Below are positions 49,176 to 64,000 of a DNA stretch of 64,000 nucleotides, in pieces. The position numbers were made by a program, and so were the translations under genes. Each line of letters starts with the position of its first letter. The first letter of the stretch is position 1. The DNA comes from Octopus sinensis (taxonomy: Eukaryota): assembly GCF_006345805.1 (NCBI RefSeq), contig NC_043010.1, positions 40,920,001 through 40,984,000 of the forward strand. The letters are read 5' to 3'. A model generated the notes under the pieces. It saw only the letters and a program-made list of their open reading frames with translations, ran no database searches and was not told the origin of the DNA.

Positions 49176-49353
49176 ATAGATGAATTAAGAAATGGAGTTA
49201 ACCGCAGGTGTTATTCAAATCTTTATACTTCCGACATATGTTTCGAAGAAAACATTGGTATTATTCCTGACCAATGTTTTCTTCGAAACCTATGTCGGAA
49301 ATATAAATATTTGAATAACACCTTCGTTTAACTACATTTTATAATTTATCTAT
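49176..49353. mobile_element. Fold-back (inverted) PLE-type terminal repeat with HHR 3' halves
   Basis: About 84-bp imperfect arms around the loop attattcctg; each arm has GAAAC(A/C)UAUGUC GGAA. Confidence 0.75.
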
Positions 49354-49502
49354 ATTATTCAAAACTATTTCACTAAACCCTGGAACTTCTATCTTCATAG
49401 GTAGGCTATAACATCCTTGGCACCTACACGATTTTTTGTTACCCTAGTAACTATTTACTTTTTCCGTGTTGCTTGTACACATTGAAAAAATACAAATACA
49501 TT

Positions 49503-49567
<65 letters not shown>

Positions 49568-50513
49568 ATGTACTAGTGAACCAACGAGGAACATTCTCTG
49601 TCTTCGTTCGACCTGCTATATATTTAGCAGCCCAGCATCTTTCAAATGGCACCACATATTTGTATAATCTTTGCGAAAAAAGGAAGGACACATAGTATGA
49701 TACATACCTACATACATTTTGCCAGCATAAAAGAATAGTGTGCGTACTGCTGGAACCCCTGTTGATCAGAACTGATTGGGGTTAAACAACACACGTGCGC
49801 ATGCGCGTATGTATGTAAATGTATGTACGCTGTTTCTGAGTAAGTATAATCTGCCAAGCTAAAAGAAAAAATAACTGTCAGTTTATGAGTAATGAAGTTT
49901 CGTATTATCACAAATAAATATAGCCTGCTAACAAACTAAATATATAAAAACACATTGCTATTGATTCTCCTATATATAAAAAAAAATATGAAATATAGCA
50001 TTACGCAATGAGACATTCGAGATGAATCTTGTATGGAGTGTGCAGTAGTCAAGTCACTTTAAATTCTCTTGACAACTATTCCAAGAAGGTGAAAGAATTG
50101 TCTAAATCCTTTACATGCTTCCGAAAGAAAGAATTGCTTCCAGTGCGAAATAAGCTAAGTGGAGTTGATATAAGATAGCTTCCGCAGTTTACCAATGAAA
50201 TATATATATATATATTACATATATATATTATGGGTGGGGGGTCAATATGTATCAACTATTAGTGTGAAAAGCCTTAATGGAATAATGCTGCTACGCTTTT
50301 GTGACCGACTATAAATGGAAAATATTCATACATATTTCTCACTGGTTTAATTCATTTTTCTTTTTCCTCTTCCTATTCTTTGGTCCATACTCTTATCCTT
50401 TTCACATAATTTCACCATGGCAAATTATCTTCGGCTTTCTTCTATTCTCTTTCAATACCATATGCATTACACACACATGTGCTTGTATGTGTGTGCCTGT
50501 ATGTATGTATGTA

Positions 50514-50568
50514 TGTTCACAGGCATCTGTATGTATGTCTCTATTTGTACATACATAGGTATGTATAA

Positions 50569-50622
<54 letters not shown>

Positions 50623-50677
50623 TTATACATATCTATGTATGTACAAATAGAGACATACATACAGATGCCTGTGAACA
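50514..50677. repeat. 164-bp palindrome: 58-bp arms around (TA)24
   Basis: Arms 50514-50571 and 50620-50677 with one G/T mismatch (50559/50632). Confidence 0.95.
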
Positions 50678-51131
50678 AATGTGAGAATGTGTGAATGGCC
50701 TTTTTTGATAGAGTAGTTAGTGCCTGGAATACACAGCTTAGAAATAATCGTTCTGATTCTCTGCGCTCTGAGTTCAAATCATACTGTTCATTCTTCGCTG
50801 TTCATTCTTTCGTCATCCATAAATAAAGAACCAGTCCTGTTGTACCAATCATTCTTGTGTTTTTGTTGTTCTTTCATAACGCTTCGTTGGCGACTCGCTG
50901 AAGGAGTTCACGGACAACGGCAAGGCATCAAGGAATATAAGAATACATACGCAGGCTCAAACATTATACACATACACACATTCTCAAAACCAGAAAGGAG
51001 AAAGCTAATTCGAAGGCTACAGATTCAATCCGTCACTGGAACTGTAAAAATCTGTAAAACTTTCCAGAAGTTTATCATTTAAATATACATGAGCATGTCT
51101 AGACAAGCAGCTATATGCATGAGAATACATA

Positions 51132-51366
51132 CATTCCGTTTCGAACCACGTTATATGTCGTTCATTATGCTTGACAAAATATACAATAACTGTATAAATT
51201 TACACGCTGTGCAACTATTACACATTGCGTGTACACCATGTATAGTAGTAGCACAACGTGGTGCTTGTCTGCGGAGGTGTTAATCCGGCGTATTCAACCA
51301 TCTGTAATTTTATAGAGATATTGCATATTTTGTCACACATAATAAATTGTAATTCGAAACGGAATG
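51132..51366. repeat. Old imperfect inverted repeat, possible decayed MITE
   Basis: cattccgtttcgaa..ttatgcttgacaaaatatacaata vs inverse at 51300-51366. Confidence 0.55.
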
Positions 51367-52013
51367 GAATTGCACCGACAAAACTGTAACGCATATTAAA
51401 CTTCATCTTCTTTCGTACTTGCACGGGCACACTATGTAATTTATATATATGGTAATATATAAAACAAGCAAAAAATAAGTTTAATCTAGACAGCAGCTTC
51501 GACAAACGATAGCAAAGAGGAGGAGGATCTCGGTGAACAAAACATCCAGCTATGAGTGAATGGGTGGAAGACGGAAACCTAAAAGATATGGGTAATTAGA
51601 TGAGAGACGAATAGTTAATTATAGTTAATAAAGGCATTAATTATGGGATGGCAGAAAATTAGAAAGAAGACAAAGCAGGTTGTATGAATTTTATATTAAA
51701 GGTACGAGGATGAAAATTAACAAACTCTAGAAGGGAAATTTTCAAAGTCTTGTTGGACGAGTTCCTATTAAATTGAATTAATAAAAAAAAACGTCGTACT
51801 TACAGACGGAAGTGGCATGCAACACGAAAACCAGCAGATACATATATGTGTTTGTGTGTATGCACACATGCATACAGAAACAAACATTCATGCACATAGC
51901 TTAAATAAAAAGCACATACACACGAAAATATACATACTGAGAGATACACAACACGCACTTATATATATAAATATAAACCTAGATGAAAAGAATACGCATC
52001 TAAACACAAATGT

Positions 52014-52081
<68 letters not shown>

Positions 52082-53074
52082 CATAATCTTTGAATGCATC
52101 AGTACAAACCAAACTCGCTGCTGGCAATAAATACCTCTGTGACGTCTGCACGGTCGAAGCTATTGCGATTTTATTTGCTAAAGAACATAAGACCGAGTGG
52201 ATTACGTCTTGCAAACATCGGCTAAAAGATAAATACTTTAATATCCTTTTCACCCTTTGTACACCCGAACGACTAAAGCATGTCTTTCCAACTGCTTTCC
52301 CCCTTTTTTTATTATATATATATATCTATCTGTATCTTCTAGATATTGGCCCTTCCTTTATATTTGTACTTTATAACTCTCCTCATCTTCATTTTCATCC
52401 CCTTATTGTGTTTGTGGTTCCTTATTTATTCACGTTTTATTCACTGTCTTCCAGGTTTTACTTTTATACCTCTTCCTTATATGTTTTTCGTGTGATTTTT
52501 ATTGTGGTTTATTTTTTGCTTGTGTTTTTCTATCTGGTCTACCGCCATGTTAATTTTCTGCTCTTGCATATATTTCTACATATTTCTCCTTCCTTCATTT
52601 TTTTTTTATATTTCTGGTAAAGTCAACAGGCTGTGTAGCCTGAGGTGCTGCTAGGTATATACAAAATACATAAGACTATGATTGGTACATATTTTATTAT
52701 CTTATAAGCTGGGACCCAACGGAATTCTTAATAGCATTTCTTTATCACTACATCAATTGCAGTTTCACTCTTTGGATATGTGTGTTCTCTCTGAACATTC
52801 TAATTTCCTCACGATATACGAATTCATATATTTCCATATGTTGTTCACCTTCCTGCTATCCGGTTTCTATTGAGCTTCACGTTGTGTTTTTGGTTTTTTT
52901 CTTCAGAATTAAGGTTTTTCGAGAATAAAAAAAGTTAAACATACTTTCAATAAAGTCTCAAATGAAAAAAAACTATTTTCACTTAATCTTATGTTCTGAT
53001 TTAATATACTTGAATTAGGTATATGCCATTTACACAAATTATATACGATTAATATTAGTTTCCAATTTTAGCTC

Positions 53075-53235
53075 AAGCAATTTTGAGGGAGTGGTGAGTC
53101 GATAACATCGACTAGGGTGCTCAACTGGTACTAATATTTATCGACCTCAAAAGGATGAACTTGATCTCGGTGTAACTGAATTTAGAACGTAAACGCCTCT
53201 AAGTATTTTGCCTGTTGTACTAACGGTTGTGCCAG
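53075..53235 (-). mobile_element. Old S3 SINE
   Basis: gagtcgataacatcgac, ctggtactaatatttatcgacctc. Confidence 0.7.
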
Positions 53236-53263
53236 CTCGCTGCCCTAATAAAACAAATAAATG

Positions 53264-53511
53264 TTTCTTTCTCGAGCCGTGCCAGGCCCATGAGGGCCGG
53301 TTTCCCAGTTTCAATGGCGTATATATTTCACACTTGGACGGGACGCCGGTCCGTCGCAGGATTACTCATTTTTGCCAGCTGAGTGGATTGGAGCAACGTT
53401 AAATGAAGTGTTTTGCTCAAGAACACGACGCTTAGCCGCCCCGTTCAGAGATCGAAATTACGATCTTACGATCATGAGTCCAACACCCTAACCACTAAGC
53501 CACGCGCCTCC
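53264..53511 (-). mobile_element. S2 SINE
   Basis: Reverse complement of 37416-37670. Confidence 0.88.
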
Positions 53512-53674
53512 ATCGCGTCCCTTGTATATGTTATTAATATGGAGCGCGCATTTGTTAGACGTCAGGTTGCCATAAGTTCATATCAAACCATTTTCAAGAG
53601 AAATCCAAGAGAAATCCAAAAATACCCTAGCAATACCGGAAATACCTTTGTTAACAACAAATTCTGAGAAGGAA

Positions 53675-54040
53675 ACATGGTTCCAGGTTCAGTCCCACTG
53701 CGTGGCACCTTGGGCAAGTGTCTTCTACAATAGCCTCGGGCCGACCAAAGCCTTGTGAGTGGATTTAGTAGACGGAAACTGAAAGAAGCCCGTTGTATAT
53801 ATCTATATGTGTATGTGTTTGTGTGTCTGTGTTTGTCCACCCCCACCCCCACCCCCAAATCGCTTGACAACCGATGCTGGTGTGTTTACGTCTCCGTAAC
53901 TTAGCGGTTCGGTAAAAGAGACCGATAGAATAAGTACTAGGCTTACAAAGAATAAGTCCTGGGGTCGATTTGCTCGACTAAAGCCGGTGCTCCAGCATGG
54001 CCATAGTCAAATGACTGAAACAAGTAAAAGAGTAAAAGAG
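53675..54040 (+). mobile_element. S1 SINE with slightly truncated 5' end
   Basis: High identity to the 44170 and 44907 copies; tail aagtaaaagagtaaaagag. Confidence 0.92.
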
Positions 54041-54476
54041 TTATTTTACGATCACGTCTCAAACTGGAGGCCGTGAGTTGCTCTGGTATAGTATGCAGAA
54101 ATGGATGTGTGGTTAAGAAGGTTGCTTTACAAGAACATAGATTCGAGATCAGTTCCACTGTGCAGTACCTTGAACAAGTGTCTCCTTTCATGACACCGAA
54201 CTGGCCAATGCTTCTTGAAAGAATTTGCGAGATGGAAATTTTGTGGCATCTTGTATATATGCGTGTGCGTTTGTCTTTCACACCACCACCACCACCACCA
54301 CCACTACTGCCATGAATGTGTGTGTAAAATTTCATGCATGTATGCGATATGAAGTAGCAAATATTCTTCGTGTATTGCTCCTTAACGAAATGAGTGTCAA
54401 CTTTTTCACAAGCCTTTAAGCGATAAAAGTTTGAACTACAAGGTTTCATTTGAAGTTAAGATTTATTAAATACGTG

Positions 54477-54495
54477 TTGTGCCCTCTGGCGGTCA
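54477..54495 (-). promoter_or_regulatory. Candidate CTCF-binding motif
   Basis: TGACCGCCAGAGGGCACAA vs canonical TGGCCACCAGGGGGCGCTA. Confidence 0.4.
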
Positions 54496-55093
54496 GCTTT
54501 CCCAGGGAGACAATCCCTTCTTGATTAATTTACGCTGAGGTGGGTATGGAAGTTTGAAGTTGAAATGCGAAAGTAAATTGTGTACAGAATATACACAATA
54601 TCACAATATTACTTTTACCTACACAATAAGACCTTAAAACTTCTAGTCTTTGGTATCCATGTATAGCACTATCTCATCCTCCTTTGGAATTGTCAAAACC
54701 GCATTACCCGAGGCCAAAATAGAAATTCGCTAAATTAAACTTCTTGAGAAGTTAGACAAGACTTATAGAGAGAAAACGTCTCCAGTTTAAGAGGCATTCA
54801 TGAGGGATGCAGTTTTTCCCCCCTCATCATATATATTTCAGCAACAGAGTGAGGAGAGAGCGGTATTTCTTACAAGTTTCATTTCCATTGGAATGCTTTG
54901 TATTAATTTCACAATTCTTCAGGTTAAATGAGAGAGAGACAGAGACAGGGAGACAGAGAGATAGAGAGATAGAGAGACAGACAGATAGATATATGATGGA
55001 TAGCTGTGACCGGTTTATAGGGTTACTCTATATACACGTTAATTCAATGATGTTCTACGGGTGAAAGAATTGTAGCTTGGAACTGTATACTCA

Positions 55094-57634
<2,541 letters not shown>

Positions 57635-57656
57635 ATTAGTAGTGTTAGAGGTTGGA

Positions 57657-58171
57657 ATAACCGTCTTAGAGATAAAAGTATCCATTATATTACCGGTATA
57701 ATTGACTATGTTAAACCTGGACATAGATATGCAAACATATGCTCATAAATTACAGGTAATGACAAAGATAAACATGAGTTTATCAGGAATTACATTTAAA
57801 GTAAACAGAAAATAGAGAAATATTGATCAACAACAATTGACTTACATTAATTATTATATTTTAATGCAATACAAGTAGACTGTCTCCAAAATTATATGAT
57901 ATTGCCATTCATATGCTAAAACGTAATATTCATCATATTTGGTAATAAAACCGATCTGATGAAGCTCCATGTTCCAGATCGGTTTTATTACCAAATATGA
58001 TGAATATTATTTTTTAGCATATCTATGGCAATGTCATCGGAAGCAGAAACAGCTGTTAGATGAGATGCAGTCTATTTATAACCGACTAAGTGACAAAAGT
58101 ATCCATTATACTACCGGTATAATTGCCTATGTTAACCCTGGACATAGATATGCAAATATATTATGCTCATA
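57657..58171. repeat. About 90-bp direct repeats flanking a fold-back with a 35-bp perfect stem
   Basis: Direct repeats 57657-57746 and 58078-58171; perfect stem 57924-57958/57975-58009, imperfect to 57876/58074; CTGATGAAG at the stem-loop junction. Confidence 0.85.
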
Positions 58172-58799
58172 GATTAAAGGTATGTGGAGTGCAAGGAGGC
58201 GAGGTCGAGATAGGAATAGAGTCCATAGGTTCATAGCAGATAGAAATGGTAAGGAATATATATAGATGTGTGTGTGTGTGTATTCTATATTATATACATT
58301 ATATTGCATTGTATATGTGAGTAAATGAGCTGTTGTATACTTCTTTTGAAGAATTCTCTCCTTTTAAAACATTCCACGATCCAGTGTTACTGTGTAAGTG
58401 TGTCTTTACAGACGTGGTTAGAGATTCGCGCACTTGTAAAATAGAAAGTTGATAAACTTAGATTATATGAGATTACCATCACAATTGGAAGGCGAAAGCT
58501 CCCTCTAGGAATCTTTAAATTCTAAAAATGCAACATGCTTCAGATAACTAAGTTTATCGGTTAACCGAAAATATAGGAAACGTAAAGAAATATATATAAA
58601 TTTATGCGTTTGTATATATATTTCTTTGGTTTGTTTCGTGTGTGTGTGTGTGTGTGTGGTGTGTGTGTGTGCATGCAAACATTTACGAATCAGTACTTCT
58701 ATACACACACGCAGATTAGTTGTATACTGCATTCAACCATTTAACTATGTATATATAAACATGTGTATAGATACATGTATACACAGATATATACATAAA

Positions 58800-58811
58800 C
58801 GCATATATATG

Positions 58812-58905
<94 letters not shown>
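58800..58905. repeat. (TA)n(GA)n microsatellite
   Basis: Direct. Confidence 0.95.
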
Positions 58906-59203
58906 TATACACATGTGTGTTTGTAAGTGTGCATCCTGACCATTTTGCAATATATACGTTATCGTTACAACTTTTTTACACACACACATACACACGCGCA
59001 CGCACACACACACGCGCGCGTACTTGTATGTGTATGCTAGTTTTAATAATGTAAACACTTATAATCGGTATGCATATAAGAGTAATACCTTGAGATTTAA
59101 AAGTAACAAGTTATTCCCAAAAGAGAATCAAAACTCACATCAATGGGAAAGACAAACGTGCTAAACACTGCACCACAGTTAAGTGTGATGATTGTACATA
59201 CAG

Positions 59204-59257
<54 letters not shown>

Positions 59258-59325
59258 AGAACATACCAAATTAATCTCACTCTCTCTCACTCATTCTTTC
59301 TCCCTTCGTCTTTCTTTCTCTTATA

Positions 59326-61315
<1,990 letters not shown>

Positions 61316-62876
61316 GTAGAGAGGGAGAGATAGAGAGAGTGGGGGAATATTTGCAAGTATCAGATGAAAGTACATCCCAATGCACATATCAGTTTATTTA
61401 ATGGCGAAAGTGCAGCACAACCGTCGGAAATGGTTTTATTACTAATGTTTAAAGTTTTAAAGTTGCTAAGACATGCAAAAACACATCAAGTCCGAAAATA
61501 GTTCGAGGAACTAATATTGAATCTAATTATAAATATAGCCAAAGCTCAGACCAATGCGTCCAGTTTCATTTTCGCTGTTCATTTACGAACCTCCTCTATT
61601 GTCTGACTTCAGATTCTTCCGAGCATAGCTTTGCATTTCATTTCTTCTGGGTTGATAGACTGAAAAGCCAATCAAATTCTAAGGTAGTTTGGATCGATCA
61701 ACCTCTCCCAGGGAAAATTGTTGATGTTGTGTGTAAATTATTATTTAAGACCTGATGATTGGCAGATCGTTGGATAAAATGCTTTCGTATTTTTGTTTCG
61801 ACACTTTACGTTTTCAGTTCAAATTCCATCGAAGTTAATTTAACCTCACATCTTTCTGAAGATGACAAAATATATACCAATGAAGATGGAAATTAGCATC
61901 AACTAACAACGCACGCCCCTCCGCCACTCTAAAACTAATTCTGGTTTTGTACCTAATATAGAAATTATTAAAGACTTGTAGCCTGAAGAACAAAAATGTA
62001 TGAGAGAGTTTACATTAGATTGCCAGGTTAGTCCTGAATCTGTAGTGTTCCTCATAGAAAAAATGGAATCTATATTGGACAAGATGGCGTATATATTGTT
62101 TTGAAATGAGGAACGGAGCGAAGAGGTCAGCTCAGACATATGTCATTAGTCTTAATTCCACAATATTTTGGACGAAGGGACTGAGGAGTCGCCGTAACAA
62201 ATATCGTTGATGACTTTCGTTCGTGATTCTTAGTTACATTTGTAGCTCAACGAGGGCAGATTGGATAGTACCGATGGGCCCTTTAGTTGTCGGGTAAATT
62301 CTTTCTTTCAACATGTTGGCCATCATAACACCACATGACTTCAAAACGATCCCAGACTAGTCCTTTGTAGGGGGTACAAAAGAGAAAAGCTTCTGGTTGT
62401 TCAGAACGGAAAAACAACCCGCTACTTATGAAAGTAAGAGTGTCTCTATTCAGAAATACTGAAGAATCCTAAACAAAAGCAACTGCAATTGGAGGACATG
62501 GAGGCTGCTCTTTGCGTGACCCTACCCGACACGACTCCAAAAGCATCGAAGAATATCACCACGTCCTTCGTTCGAGATGACCAAGAGGCCGATTGAAAGC
62601 GAGCACAAGGAGTGGGAGGTTGCTAAGGACAGCATAGAGGGCAAGGAAAGAATCAAATACACTTCGAGATGAGGCAAGCAAACGGTTTAAGAAGCCACCT
62701 CCACCCGCATCGAAAAAGAGCTCACGGTTCTTCACAAAACAAATGAACTGATGGAATTCTTAAATGAATAGAAGAAAGACGAAGGCTGTTGCAATGTGCT
62801 GAATGTGGAGGATTAAAGTGAGATTATCAAGAACAGCTATATGATAAGCTGCTAGCAAAAAATCTGCCCCACCAGA

Positions 62877-63140
62877 TTTTTACTCTTTTACTGGTTTAAG
62901 CCTTTCAAAGTGGCTATGCTGGGGCACCGCAACTGTTGTTGCTAGGCTTTTAATAGCCCTCCCTCTTGGGTTGCTTTTGGTGAATGAGAGAGTGAAGTGT
63001 TGCTATCATCATTTGCATTTCTTGCCACGGGGGACGTTCATCTCGAATCTTAGAGAATAGGAATTCCAGTTATCTCTTGAAAGCATCCACATTCACACCA
63101 TGTAGGTATCTCAAGTTTTTGACAGAATATAGAAGGCCAG
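62877..63140 (-). mobile_element. 5'-truncated LINE 3' end (CR1/L2-group-like ORF2 C-terminus and 3' UTR)
   Basis: FYILSKNLRYLHGVNVDAFKR*LEFLFSKIRDERP..HSLIHQ resembles the LFNxLPxxLR..VxxFKxxLD..PDxP..NSLxHQ end; tail agtaaaagagtaaaa. Confidence 0.75.
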
Positions 63141-63564
63141 TGCTATTTCCTCCTGCAGGTGTGAGATTTCTCGTTCAGTTTCACAAAATTATGAACAAAA
63201 CATTCATAAAATTCGCTCTTACATTATTAATATAGATTTTTCTAAAGCCTTAAATTATATGTCCAGAACACCTGCGATGTACCTAGACATCTTTTTCCGT
63301 ACACCATTTACAAGCCACTGACAGAACGATTTCTAACTGTATTTGTTTAATGACTTTAATCGCATAAATAGCTTCTAAATCATCGTCATTAACGCTTTTA
63401 TAAAGGATCATGCTCTTCTGCAAATTTAGAACGTTGGGGGAAAATGTAATTCCCCGTTTTTAAATCGATATGTGTTTTATAGGAGAGAATTTTGCGATGA
63501 AAATGCACTGGTTGAGCTATTACTCCTACCTATTTATATTGCTTAATGCTTTAGTCAAATGAGA

Positions 63565-63602
63565 TAGAGAGAGAGATAGATATATAGAGATATAGAGATA
63601 TA

Positions 63603-63660
<58 letters not shown>
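63565..63660. repeat. (GA)n/(TA)n microsatellite
   Basis: Direct. Confidence 0.9.
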
Positions 63661-64000
63661 TAGGACTCTTTTCCTCCCATTATACTTCTCCCCGCTTCTA
63701 TCTCTCTTCCCCTCCCTCTCTCTCCGTCCTCTCTCTCAGCTTCACCCCCTACATCTCCAGGAACAAGTACTCTGTTACACTTTGAGGATTTCTACCACCA
63801 TCAAAACTAAATGTCAACAATACGATCTATTGCTGCTGCTGCTGCTGCTGTTGTTACACATATGCTGCTGTTGCAGTTGTTGTTGCTGTTGTTACTGCTA
63901 GCGATGATAATGAAAACGATATCAGTGATGGTGGCGGTAGCAGGAAATCTCTTGTGACTCAGCAAAAACTTGATAAGTGACCAGACATTGATAAACCAAC

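Noticed and set aside
52090-52620. 176-aa hydrophobic ORF
   Set aside because: TTG start; the second half is a T-rich low-complexity tract; no motif recognised.
61905-62860. Stop-interrupted coding-like stretches on the plus strand, possibly LINE-derived
   Set aside because: No diagnostic RT or endonuclease motif found by eye.

Overview
AT-rich, repeat-dense eukaryotic DNA. The tRNA-SINE families, (TA)n/(CA)n load and degenerate trinucleotide tracts suggest an Octopus genome; this is an inference from recognised repeat types, not a database match. I found no complete protein-coding gene. Nearly all ORF-track entries are microsatellite or SINE read-through. The best host-exon candidate is a minus-strand segment at 21090-21248 (low confidence). 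The window holds about 30 SINE copies from three main tRNA-derived families (labelled S1, S2 and S3 here) and two Helitrons, one keeping a decayed RepHel N-terminus interrupted by two GGATC-terminal MITEs. It also holds a Merlin/ISXO2-like transposase remnant, hAT and mariner miniature elements, a CR1/L2-group LINE 3' end whose tail matches SINE S1, and Penelope-like (PLE) GIY-YIG fragments. A near-identical 1.22-kb tandem duplication and a 2-kb (TA)-rich tract lie near the right end. The main theme is hammerhead-ribozyme (HHR) retroelements. A tRNA-headed, Pol III-type SINE at 48743-48961 carries a complete minimal HHR core. Three PLE ends carry a variant HHR with A6 substituted. Several fold-back palindromes contain HHR half-cores, and three near-perfect palindromes hinge on (TA)n. 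All alignments, translations and folds were done by eye.
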